From: Zavarzinella sp.
GTDB taxonomy: Bacteria; Planctomycetota; Planctomycetia; Gemmatales; Gemmataceae
Assembly (NCBI GenBank): GCA_041399155.1
Contig: JAWKTI010000007.1
Location: forward strand, 142,287 to 206,286
Reading direction: 5' to 3'
Length of the DNA stretch: 64,000 nucleotides
Shown here piece by piece: positions 18,852-28,414 of the stretch. Made by a program: the position numbers and the translations under genes. The notes beneath the pieces were generated by a model. That model was not told the origin of the DNA and ran no database searches. It saw only the letters and a list, made by a program, of their open reading frames with translations. Numbering within the stretch: position 1 is the first letter of the stretch; each line of letters begins with the position of its first letter.

Positions 18852-20362
18852 CATTGGTGTGAAGGTCTTGAACTGCTGGGAGGATTTGGCTAAGTTCTTT
18901 AAGAGTAAGGTTTTATGTTTTGTCAAGGATTGACAGATGACTTCAAATTCATTCGCTTCAGAGGCTTTATCACGCCTACCTTTAGCCGAAGCCGCTTTCC
19001 TCATGCTTGATGACATTTTCCAAAATAATACGCTTGAAGCGATCTATCAATCAAATCGTGGACGCACCTACACTCGTATTTTGACATTCTCTTCATTTTT
19101 CCAATTGTTGCGAGATTCACTGATTTCTCCCGATCACTCTGCCAGGGCTCGTCTGATCGATGCATCTGAAAACGGTGAATTGCCTACATCGCTCAAAGCG
19201 TTTTATGACAAATTAGCGCATATGCCGCCAGAGGTTGGGGCGGGGCTCCTTTCGCATTCCTATCGGGCTATTTCAAAGCTTTTGCCAAGAAAAATGACTT
19301 CTAAATTACCAAAATCTCTTTGCAAACTTACTGTTGTCGCCGTTGATGGCAAAGTAATTAAGCATACGATGCGGCGCCTTCTTCCTTTAAGAATAAGCAA
19401 GCAAAATGCATCAAAATTGCTTGGAGGAAAGCACTTGTTGCAGTGAATCTGAGTACTGGTCTGGTAATGGAAATGGCTTCGGAATTGGATGGAGAAGCAA
19501 GTGAAACACGCTTGTTAGCTCCACTTTTGCAACAGCTGAAAGACCATTGCGGCGAGAAATTAATTGTGGCGGATCGATGCTATGGTTTCTACAAGCATAT
19601 TGCAATGATCAAGGATGACGGGTGCCATTTTGTTTTACGAGTTGCAAGCATTACCCAATTTATTCAAGATCCGGAAAAACCAGCGAGAATTGGCAAAGAC
19701 CGATATGGCCGAAAACTTATCGAAGAACATGGCTGGATCACAAGTCAAAAGAATACGAAATTGATCGCAGTACGCCGACTGAGCATTATCCGCGATAAAG
19801 TGCAGATACAACTACTAACAGACCTGACCGATTCGAAACGATACCCTGCAGACGACATCGCAGAGATATATCGCTATCGTTGGGATATTGAGCGTGTATA
19901 CGCGACGATTACAAAAGTGTTTCAGTTGCGTCACTTGATAGGTACCAGTCCAGAGGCTGGTTTAATACAAGCATCGCTTTGCCTCATTTTATTTAACATT
20001 ACAGAAGCAATCAAATGGCATATTTCGGTCGGAAACGGAAAGAAAATAGATGAAGTATCTGGCGAAATGCTCTGGCGAGATATCCGAGATGAGGTGATGG
20101 CCGCAACGCGATTGCTTCGAACGCGCGATGTGCAGATGCTGCTTCAAGGGATCAAACAAGAAGTGGGGATATTAGAAAGACTAACTGAATTATTGGGCAA
20201 TCTGTGGAAAAAGAAGTGGGCAAAAAGCAAAGTAGGGCGTACAGATCCTACAAAAATTCCAAATCCAAAACCCCAAAAACTGAAACAGACAACTTGCCAC
20301 GATTCAGTCTTTAGGGTGATGAAGCGAGCAAAAAAATGATGTCCAAGACCTTCACATCAATG
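18852..20362 (+). mobile_element. IS4-family insertion sequence, copy 1 (1511 bp)
   Basis: Terminal inverted repeats CATTGGTGTGAAGGTCTTG (18852-18870) and CAAGACCTTCACATCAATG (20344-20362) match 18/19. It is flanked by the 12-bp direct repeat GTCCGTGAGGGC (18840-18851 and 20363-20374). Confidence 0.85.
18937..20339 (+). pseudogene. IS4-family DDE transposase split by a single frameshift (ORFs 18937-19446 and 19443-20339)
   Basis: DDE candidates VVAVDGKV, LIVADRCY and YRYRWDIERVY...K (YREK-like). Copy 1 has GG at 19426-19427 where copy 2 has GGG (63395-63397). Adding one G fuses the two ORFs (...LLGGKALVAVNLSTGLVMEM...). Confidence 0.78.
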
Positions 20363-20583
20363 GTCCGTGAGGGCTGGGTACAAGATGCTCCCAATGTTGA
20401 AGGCCTGTAAGGCCGTCTCATTTCGCTGTTTTTCTTGAAAACAAGTATTTGTAGGGCGAACTTAGGCATGGGATAGTTGTTGATGTATTCTTTAGATGGC
20501 CTTACAGGCCTGAATTGATGATGTATTGATTTCCCGGCCCTCACGGACCGGGCTAGGCCTAGACGGCACTTTGTGCCTGAAGC
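20363..20583. repeat. Right part of the MITE-like palindromic element (duplicated target, internal hairpins, right arm)
   Basis: Begins with the TSD copy GTCCGTGAGGGC. It contains inverted AGGCCTGTAAGGCC modules and ends with CCCGGCCCTCACGGACCGGGCTAGGCCTAGACGGCACTTTGTGCCTGAAGC, abutting the stop codon of the HEAT-repeat gene. Confidence 0.7.
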
Positions 20584-21774
20584 CTATTTCTTCATCACCG
20601 GTTTTTCCTTCTCTTCTTTCAAATACTTAATCGCTTCTTCGGCTGCTTTTTTCACATTCTCATCAGAATGCTTCGTCAGTGGCTCCAGGCCACGCAGCAC
20701 GGTGGGTTTCAACGACTTCATTGTGGTGGCGGCACCGATGGCAGCAATAATCACCTGGGGCTTCTCCTGGGCATCACTCATCACCGCAATCAAGTCCTGC
20801 AGCCGGGCTTTGGCATCTTCACCCAGATAGGCCAGTGCGGAGCAGGCTTCCACACGCAGTTCGACATCGTCCGCCACGGCCAGGTTTTTGGAAATCGCCA
20901 GTAGACGAGTGGGGGCCATTTTGGCACCATCCGGATCGTATTTAATCAGAAACACATCAGCCCAGATGCGTATCGCCATCGAGCGATCCTGTTGGGAAAC
21001 ACGCCCCAGGATATCGCGACTGTCTTTCAGGTAGATCACCGGCACCGGCCCAATGGTCAACAGAGAATTAATTGCCTGACGACGCACTGGTTCACAGCCA
21101 TCATCACGAAGTGAATACAAAATCGCCTGTACGGCACGTGCATCAACTTCAATCGGTGCCGCACCTTTTTTCAAATCTTCTTCTGAAGGCTGCCACCCCT
21201 GACCCACCTGACCGAGTGCGAAAACCGCATTCCTCCGGACCTGCCACGATTGCAGATCTTTGGTTCTGGCGATCAGTTGTGTCATTAGTTTCCGTGCTTC
21301 CGGGTGGGGGCCCATCGCGGCCAGCGTCGATACCCCTTCATAACGGAGATGCACTGAAGATGGAGAATTCAGAAAGTTGCGTTCAACGACCCCCATGCCT
21401 GTCTTGGTTTGCTGGACAGTTTTGAAACCAAACAGGGGTACCAGGGCCAGTGCGGCAATCCGCACGTTGAAATCAGGATCGACTGTCATTGTCTGGATGA
21501 TCTGGGGGCCTAATTTGTCCGATTCCCCAGCTTTCGGGCCAAACTGTGGGATCATGAAGCAGGCACGCTCGCGTGCCGAGGGATCTCGCTGTAGGCCGGC
21601 ATTCATTTCGGCAATCCACTGGTCGACAGTTTTGCCTTCAATAATACTGGGCCACTCGTCCTTCTTTTCTTCTTTCTTCGGAGGCACCTTCGGATCGGCA
21701 CCCTGTGCCAACAGTTTCTGGGTACCACAACCATACAAAAGCAGTCCTGCAATCAGTAAACGAAACACCGGCAT
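20584..21774 (-). CDS. Secreted HEAT/armadillo-repeat protein
   Basis: The start at MPVFRLLIAGLLLYGCG (signal peptide) has GGGAGG 6 nt upstream. Repeated helical units carry HEAT-like spacing (VRRNAVFALGQVG, VRRQAINSLLTIG, ELRVEACSALAYLG). Confidence 0.7.
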   Translation of the reverse strand: MPVFRLLIAGLLLYGCGTQKLLAQGADPKVPPKKEEKKDEWPSIIEGKTVDQWIAEMNAGLQRDPSARERACFMIPQFGPKAGESDKLGPQIIQTMTVDPDFNVRIAALALVPLFGFKTVQQTKTGMGVVERNFLNSPSSVHLRYEGVSTLAAMGPHPEARKLMTQLIARTKDLQSWQVRRNAVFALGQVGQGWQPSEEDLKKGAAPIEVDARAVQAILYSLRDDGCEPVRRQAINSLLTIGPVPVIYLKDSRDILGRVSQQDRSMAIRIWADVFLIKYDPDGAKMAPTRLLAISKNLAVADDVELRVEACSALAYLGEDAKARLQDLIAVMSDAQEKPQVIIAAIGAATTMKSLKPTVLRGLEPLTKHSDENVKKAAEEAIKYLKEEKEKPVMKK

Positions 21775-22334
21775 ACTTTTTCCTCCCAATGGTGCCTTAT
21801 CATTCAGGATACCAGTAAGAACGGTGAAAACGCAACTGCAACAGGCTTCACCGTTATGGTGGAAGACGCACATGTCGGCAGTACTTGCCCTAAAATTGTC
21901 CCCCACTGCTCATAAAACGGGGAAGTCAGGAAAAAGTTTGCAGAAAAATGAAATTTTGTACAGTTTTTTGTAATTTTGTATTTTTTCTCAAGTTTTGCAG
22001 AAGTTGCCCGTTTATTCTGTGTTGGGTAGTATGCACCCACGAATCACCAGCAGATGTGAAGGAATTTTCATGAGAATTATTTCATCAATTCGCCGTTCAC
22101 TGCATCTATGGTAGCACGATGCAAAATCCTGTCTTGTTTCTTCACTTCTCAGGGATAGTTGCTGGGGGGTTAGGTTGCCGACAGCAACAAAACGAGGTCA
22201 GCACGTCTCATCTCGACTGTTCTTCGCAGTGATTTCACGAAAAAAGATTGCTCTTCGATTGGTGAAATTGTAACCTTGTTGGAAACCACCCGCGCGGTGG
22301 GCTGATCATCCAGGATTCTAACAGGAGTTTGACC

Positions 22335-22835
22335 ATGTCGGTAATGTATGTCGGCGAATCACTTGTCATTCAGGGCAGCGACCTCGCCAATGTGTCGCAC
22401 ATCGATTTGTTGATTGGACCAAAAGATGGCCCCGTGGGTGTGGCTTTCGCCAACGCACTGGCCAATCAGTCGGCTGGCCATACCAACCTGCTGGCAGTGG
22501 TCACCCCGAACCTGGCCTGCAAGCCATCCACAGCCATCATCACCAAAGTAACCCTGAAAGGTTCCAAGCAGGTCATTCAGATGTTTGGCCCCGCACAAGC
22601 CGCCGTTGCACGTGCCGTGACCGACAGCGTCATCGAAGGCGTGATTCCTAAAGACAAAGCCGAAGAATGGGTGATCGTGTGCGGTGTGTTCATCTCTGGC
22701 GATGCCAATGATAACGCCGTAATTTACAAGAACAATTACGAAGCCACCAAAGAAGCAATCGCACGGGCCTTGAAGAACCTGCCTTCCGTTGACGAAGTGA
22801 TTGCTGGCAAAGACCAAAAACACCCATTCGAGTAA
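22335..22835 (+). CDS. fae: Formaldehyde-activating enzyme (5,6,7,8-tetrahydromethanopterin hydro-lyase)
   Basis: YVGESLVIQGSDLANVSHIDLLIGPKDGPV...NLLAVVTPNLACKP...VQMFGPAQAAVARAV...YKNNYEATKEAI aligns along its whole length with Methylobacterium Fae as remembered. AGGAG RBS is 7 nt upstream of the ATG at 22335. Confidence 0.93.
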   Translation: MSVMYVGESLVIQGSDLANVSHIDLLIGPKDGPVGVAFANALANQSAGHTNLLAVVTPNLACKPSTAIITKVTLKGSKQVIQMFGPAQAAVARAVTDSVIEGVIPKDKAEEWVIVCGVFISGDANDNAVIYKNNYEATKEAIARALKNLPSVDEVIAGKDQKHPFE

Positions 22836-22887
22836 TCGACTGGTGGTTTTTCCTGTCTGAATGGATCTCGCACGTACGAGTGCTCTC

Positions 22888-23769
22888 ATGTCTGAAAAAC
22901 GCAAGATTCTTATCCACCTTGATACCGATATCCATGCGTCCGTGTTCGATCGCGTGGTAGCGGTGGATTCCGGAATTGATTTTCTGTTTACCCACTCCGG
23001 TGTGCGACCAGAACATGTGGTCCCGATGGTGCATGGTGCCATCTTCACTCGTGGGAACAAAGATCTTCATCGTACCGCCATTTTTTTGGGTGGCTCCGAT
23101 GTCGCCCATGGCGAAGCTGTGCTGAAAGCCGTTCAGCAGGCAATGATCCCGAAGGCAGGGCTGCAGGTCTCGACCATGCTGGATTCCAATGGGTGCAATA
23201 CCACCGCAGTGGCGGCAGTGCTGGCGGCAGAACAGCACCTGAAACTCAGCACCACCACCGCACTGGTACTGGGTGGGACAGGGCCCGTCGGCCAGCGGGT
23301 CGCACGGATTCTGGCACGACAGGGTTCTAAAGTGCTGGTGGGCTCCCGCGATCTCTCCAAAGCCCAGCAGGCGTGCGACGCTATTTTGCGGAAAGTGCCC
23401 ACTGGTAAGGTAACTGCGGTTGCGACAGCAAGTTCCAGCGATGCCCCACTGGCACTGCAACAGGCCCAGTTAGTGGTTGCTGCTGGTGCTGCTGGCGTGG
23501 TGCTGTTACCCGAAAAAATGAGAAAAGATTATAAAAATCTGAAAGTCGTGATCGATCTGAATGCCGTCCCACCGGTGGGGATAGAGGGTGTCGATCCGAT
23601 GGATCGCGGCCAGGAACGGGATGGGGCGATCTGTTACGGGGCGATTGGTGTGGGCAACACAAAAATGAAAATCCACCGCCTCGCGGTCGCAAAACTCTTT
23701 GAAGCCAACAACACCCACCTGGATGCAGAAGAAATCTACGACCTGGGCAAATCACTCGGCAAATTGTAG
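22888..23769 (+). CDS. NAD(P)-dependent methylene-tetrahydromethanopterin dehydrogenase (MtdA/MtdB/MtdC family, probably the planctomycete MtdC type)
   Basis: KILIHLDTDIHASVFDRVVAVD...TAIFLGGSDVAHGE...MLDSNGCNTTAVAAV...LVLGGTGPVGQRVARILA...KIHRLAVAKLFE...DAEEIYDLGK parallels MtdA over its full length. Confidence 0.9.
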   Translation: MSEKRKILIHLDTDIHASVFDRVVAVDSGIDFLFTHSGVRPEHVVPMVHGAIFTRGNKDLHRTAIFLGGSDVAHGEAVLKAVQQAMIPKAGLQVSTMLDSNGCNTTAVAAVLAAEQHLKLSTTTALVLGGTGPVGQRVARILARQGSKVLVGSRDLSKAQQACDAILRKVPTGKVTAVATASSSDAPLALQQAQLVVAAGAAGVVLLPEKMRKDYKNLKVVIDLNAVPPVGIEGVDPMDRGQERDGAICYGAIGVGNTKMKIHRLAVAKLFEANNTHLDAEEIYDLGKSLGKL

Positions 23770-24112
23770 ATGGGTTTTCTTCTTGCCAATCCATCGTGAT
23801 GATTGGCAGTCGTTCTTGGTAGAAAAACTGCATGGAGACAGAATGCGGCTAGCGATTGTGCCATGGCAAACCGCATCAGACGGCCTGACAAGCCTTATTA
23901 AATCGGCAAACTAAACCCAGTTACCAGCGATTCAGAGGTTGAACTGCTCCGCGGCAAACAATCTGGGTAAGTGGGAGGGTCACGAGAAAAAGTAGTTCCG
24001 GTTTTCTGAAGCAGACCGCACCATGCACACGATAAGTGGGTAAAGATGCGCCCTGTGGCACCGGCTTCCAGCCAGTGAAAAGTAAATCCAGCTCCAGGAT
24101 GCTATATTCCAG

Positions 24113-26905
24113 TTATTTTTTCGTAGCTGCAGGCAGGCTTTCAATAAATTTGGCAAACTCCGGTTGTTTCTTCATGTAGTCGTTGTGCCAGCCAAGTTCC
24201 TTGGCAAACGTTTCTTTGGTAAATGGCTGCTGGCTGTGGGCTCTTTTTAGATAGTAAATCGCGCGCTGAAGTAATTCCTGGGCTTTTTCGTCCAGTTTCT
24301 CTGCAGCAAACCATTCCGTGGCCAAGGCATAGTTTTTTGCCAGATTATAGGTCTGGGCAAATACCGTGGGTGGCTCTCCCAGATCTTCCAACATCTGCAG
24401 GCTTTTTGCAAACTCAGGCAGATCCTTCTTCATGCGACTCATTTCAATTCGGTAATTGATCATCACCGATTCAACATTCCGTGGGTAACTGAAATTCTTT
24501 GCCTGCTTTGTCTTAGCAACTACCTGTAGTAGTGGGTCAATATGTTCCCACGCCTCGTCATCCAGTTTTAGTTTTCGTAGTGCCACGATCAGGTTTGCCA
24601 GTGGCAGAATGATTCTGGGATCTTCCGGACCATATACCTTCCTCACAATCTGCAGTGTACGAACAAGTAACCCTTTGGCTTCATCAAGTCGATCAGCTTT
24701 CGTATAACTGTTTGCCAGATTCCCCATGGTCGTAAGCAAATCGGGGTGTTCCTCTCCCAACTTTTCCTGTTGCAGTTTCAGTGTCTTTTCACGTAGTTCC
24801 AGTGCATCATCGTATCGTTGTAATGAATAATACACATTACTTAGCGCATTCATCGAACCTAAAGTACTAGGGTGAAGCTCGCCAAGTTTTTCCTTGCGTA
24901 GTGTTAGTGTTTTTTCCAGTATTTCGAGCGCATCCTGCATGCGATTCTTCTTGTAGTAATACCCACCCAGAGCTTCCATGCTCAACAGCGTATCTGGGTG
25001 GTCGATTCCCAGAATTTCCTGCCGTAGCTTCAACGTCTTTTCCAGCAACGTAATCGCATCATCCAATCGTTGAAAGGATTCATAACTAATAGCAAGGTTA
25101 TGCATGCTCATTAAAGTATCGGGATGATCCGGCCCGAGAATTGCCTTTCGGCGTTGCAATGTTTCATCTCGTAGTTCCAGTGCCAATTCTCGCTTGTTCG
25201 CACTGGCGTAACAATTGGCAAGATTATTCATTGTCCACAGAGTATCCGGATGATCAGGTCCCAGCACTTTCTGGCGAAGCTCTAATATTGTTTTGAATAT
25301 CTCCATCGCTTCGTGTCTGCTACCAAGATAGAAGAGATTGATTGCCACGTGGTTGGCACTGTGCAAGGTATCTGGATGTTCCGGCCCCTTCGAATCAGCC
25401 AATAGCACTTGTAAACGTTTGAAGTGCTTCACAGCTAGGTCAGATCGACCCACGGATTCCAAGGCACTGCCCAGGGTTTTCCGTAGTTCCGCTTCAATTT
25501 CAGGTCGATCATCGAACTTCCCTTCAATTTTGTCAGAAGCACGCACCAAAACTTCGCGCAGTTTTACATCGGCTGCATAACGAATAGAGCTGTCCTTCAG
25601 TTGGGTCTTGGGATCTGCCAAATCCAGAACATCCAGTTGCAGAAACCGACGCACCTCATCGGCAAGTTCTGTTTTTTCTTCGGCGTTGTGCTTTGCATGC
25701 AAAGCTTCGATGCGGCGTTGTTCTGTTTGTTGTTCGGCCAGCTCTGCTTTTTTGCGAGACTGATTCGCCCAGATTGCAAGACCAGTTGAAAGCACTACCC
25801 CCACTGCCAGCGTGGCAGCTAGCCCGATCCAGATTTTGCGGCGTTTCCTGCCTTCCACCAGTTGCATTGCGGTGGCTGCATTTTGGAGTTCTGCCTGTCG
25901 GGCACGCTCTTCCGAATCCATTCTTAGCCGTGCGACCAACTGTGCAACTTCCGCTGCTCCTGCGGGGCGATCCGACTTTTCGATTGACAGGCACTTTTTG
26001 CACAACAAAACCAGTTCCGGATCTGCTCCGCATTGATCGAGTGCCGCGAAACAGTCGGCCAGTTTGCCCATAGCCGCCAGTTGGCGGGTCGTTTCGGATG
26101 ACTTGCTCTGGTATGGCGGGCGACCAGTCAAAATGGCAGCCAGAATTCCTCCCAGGCCAAATACATCAGTTTGCTGGTCAATTCTGTCAACCGCACCGAT
26201 TGCCTGTTCTGGTGCCATGTAACTTGGGGTGCCCAGCACGCTGCCGGCCTGGGTAAACAAGTCGTCACTGTCCCGCGTCGAGCGTATTTCTGTTGCAGCA
26301 GAGGTCGATTCCGGATCGATGAGTGTCTCTGCTTTGGCATTCCGCAGCACCTTTGCCAGACCCCAGTCCATCACCTGCACTTCACCAAAATTGCCCACCA
26401 TGATGTTGCGTGGTTTCAGATCGCGGTGGATCACATCGTGGGCATGGGCATATGCCACAGCGTTGCAGATATCTTCAAAAACAGCCACCAATCGAGATCG
26501 ATCATGGGTAGTATCGGTGCGGGATTTCAGGATTTCATCCAGCGTTTCGCCTTTAATGAGTTTCATTGCCAGAAACGGTCGACCATCCGCCAGCGTGCCC
26601 AGATCATGGATCGGGGGGATGCCGGGGTGCTGCAACTGACCAGTAATTCGGGCTTCATCCAGAAATCGATAGGCAGTGCTCGAAGCTACTTCGTACTTAC
26701 TATGCAAGACTTTAACGGCAATTTCGCGGTTCAGAACCCTGTCTGTTGCTCTGCGAACTTCCCCCATGCCACCTGCGGCAATTGGTTCGCCAATTTCATA
26801 CCGAGTGGAATGGGTAATTTCAAGAATTGTTGCAGCTTGTTGTGAATCCTGCGTTGTGGCGTTGGCACTGACGAGACTGGAAGCCTCTGTCCGGTTCGGG
26901 TCCAT
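24113..26905 (-). CDS. Ser/Thr protein kinase with a transmembrane segment and a long C-terminal TPR (KLC-type) array
   Basis: Kinase motifs GGMGEV, AVKVL, HRDLKPRNIMV, DWGLAK and GTPSYMAPE. TM segment IWIGLAATLAVGVVLSTGLAIW. At least 8 repeats of the ...GPDHPDTL.SM.NLA..Y type. GGAGGAG lies 7 nt upstream of the ATG at 26903-26905. Confidence 0.9.
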   Translation of the reverse strand: MDPNRTEASSLVSANATTQDSQQAATILEITHSTRYEIGEPIAAGGMGEVRRATDRVLNREIAVKVLHSKYEVASSTAYRFLDEARITGQLQHPGIPPIHDLGTLADGRPFLAMKLIKGETLDEILKSRTDTTHDRSRLVAVFEDICNAVAYAHAHDVIHRDLKPRNIMVGNFGEVQVMDWGLAKVLRNAKAETLIDPESTSAATEIRSTRDSDDLFTQAGSVLGTPSYMAPEQAIGAVDRIDQQTDVFGLGGILAAILTGRPPYQSKSSETTRQLAAMGKLADCFAALDQCGADPELVLLCKKCLSIEKSDRPAGAAEVAQLVARLRMDSEERARQAELQNAATAMQLVEGRKRRKIWIGLAATLAVGVVLSTGLAIWANQSRKKAELAEQQTEQRRIEALHAKHNAEEKTELADEVRRFLQLDVLDLADPKTQLKDSSIRYAADVKLREVLVRASDKIEGKFDDRPEIEAELRKTLGSALESVGRSDLAVKHFKRLQVLLADSKGPEHPDTLHSANHVAINLFYLGSRHEAMEIFKTILELRQKVLGPDHPDTLWTMNNLANCYASANKRELALELRDETLQRRKAILGPDHPDTLMSMHNLAISYESFQRLDDAITLLEKTLKLRQEILGIDHPDTLLSMEALGGYYYKKNRMQDALEILEKTLTLRKEKLGELHPSTLGSMNALSNVYYSLQRYDDALELREKTLKLQQEKLGEEHPDLLTTMGNLANSYTKADRLDEAKGLLVRTLQIVRKVYGPEDPRIILPLANLIVALRKLKLDDEAWEHIDPLLQVVAKTKQAKNFSYPRNVESVMINYRIEMSRMKKDLPEFAKSLQMLEDLGEPPTVFAQTYNLAKNYALATEWFAAEKLDEKAQELLQRAIYYLKRAHSQQPFTKETFAKELGWHNDYMKKQPEFAKFIESLPAATKK

Positions 26906-27154
26906 GTGGGATCTCCTCCAGAGGAATGTCGCCATTGTAACCCAGATCTGCAGTCAGATGTGCGGTTTTTTAGGATTTTTTACCAGTTATCTCTTGCGGA
27001 CTTGGCATCGAATTTTCAGTAGATGATTTTGTGCAGCCAAATTAGAAGTGCCAGTATTGCAATATTGTAATATTGGAACCCGATTTCCCAGCAACTTCTT
27101 GGGTAGGATTGGGTTAGTGGATGAAATCTTGATCACAATTTTTTGGACAATCGT

Positions 27155-28369
27155 CTAACGCTTCATCAACCTGCGGATCAGCACAAGCGAACTGATCAAC
27201 AGAAAAATGTTCGCAGCCCAAGGGCCATATGGTGGGATACTCCCTTCCTTGGACATATTTGCACCTGCCAATAGCAGTGGGTAATAAGCAAATACCGCAG
27301 GCAGGAAACAGATAATGAAAATGCTCAAATAGTCGGAGCGGTTCGCCCAGATTCCCACCGGGCAGCCGATCAGCACGAAGCAAAGACAGCCCACTGCAGT
27401 GGCTGGTCGCATGTGGCGTTCTGTGCGGACTTTGTTCAGCAGATTGTCCACATGCTTCAGTTTGTGCTTGTACTCTTCGGCGATTTCTCTGGCATTCATC
27501 GTCGCCGAAATCTGCGTTTCTCCCTGGCTTTTCAAGTCTGCTACAATCGCTTCCACTTCCCGCAACTCTTTCAGTATTTCATTTTCACGCACCGTTAGCT
27601 CTTTCCAGGTCAGTGAACTGGGGCGTTCTTTGGCCGTTTTGCCGAAAATCGACACTGGCAGAGTGGTGGAATAGCGTTCGGAGGTCACTTCCGAACTGTC
27701 GCCGGAGCCATGATCGACGACGCACCGCCCCATCACCACAGTTAACTTGGGCAGTGCGTCCGGATTATCGTCCCACTGCACAATCAAGCGGGCGGTCTGG
27801 GCACGGGCAACCAGATCGTAGCCATCGCGGTTCTTGTTCCGCTTTTTGACCACCACATCGATCAGGTCTTTCCCCTGCACGTCCTTCACATAGACCACAA
27901 AGTCGAGGCTGCTCTGCTTCAGACTACCTTCCCGCTTCAACAAGCCGTACAGCACCTCTTCAGCATCCTCCAGGAACTGCTTTTGCAGTTTTCGCTGGGA
28001 CATTGGTATTACATCGTAATACAGATATCCCGTCACTCCGGTGGTCAGCACCCCCAGCAGCAGTGCGGGCCACAATAAGTGGTAAATGTTGACGCCAGCA
28101 GACTTTAAGACAATTACTTCGTTATCAGCAGACATCCGCCCATAGACGATACACACCGAAAACAACGTGGTGGAAGGAATCGTAAATGGCAGAGTATTGG
28201 GAATGATGTACGGGATGGCCAGCAGCACCTGCACCGGCGAGAGGCCTTTCTGGGAGGCTTCCTGCACCAGACCAGCGAGTAGAAACATTCCTGTCAGAGC
28301 GGTTAAAGTAATGAGAAATACTTTCACCAGCTCCAGAAATATCATGCGGTTAATCGCACCGAAATACAT
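27155..28369 (-). CDS. LptF/LptG family (YjgP/YjgQ) lipopolysaccharide export permease
   Basis: INRMIFLELVKVFLITLTALTGMFLL...IPYIIPNTLPFTIPSTTLF...GRMSADNEVIVLKSAGV, a large periplasmic insert, and C-terminal TM helices. Confidence 0.82.
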   Translation of the reverse strand: MYFGAINRMIFLELVKVFLITLTALTGMFLLAGLVQEASQKGLSPVQVLLAIPYIIPNTLPFTIPSTTLFSVCIVYGRMSADNEVIVLKSAGVNIYHLLWPALLLGVLTTGVTGYLYYDVIPMSQRKLQKQFLEDAEEVLYGLLKREGSLKQSSLDFVVYVKDVQGKDLIDVVVKKRNKNRDGYDLVARAQTARLIVQWDDNPDALPKLTVVMGRCVVDHGSGDSSEVTSERYSTTLPVSIFGKTAKERPSSLTWKELTVRENEILKELREVEAIVADLKSQGETQISATMNAREIAEEYKHKLKHVDNLLNKVRTERHMRPATAVGCLCFVLIGCPVGIWANRSDYLSIFIICFLPAVFAYYPLLLAGANMSKEGSIPPYGPWAANIFLLISSLVLIRRLMKR

Positions 28370-28414
28370 GGCAAATCCTTCGCAGCCACCAGATGAAGAG
28401 GAAATCGCAACCGT

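Noticed and set aside
22359-23460. 233-aa and 256-aa minus-strand ORFs across fae and the Mtd gene
   Set aside because: They are antisense to two genes with full-length family matches.
23783-23807. Hairpin TGCCAATC-N9-GATTGGCA after the Mtd gene as a terminator
   Set aside because: The stem is real, but it is not followed by a T-run and has a 9-nt loop. This is too weak to call an intrinsic terminator from sequence alone.
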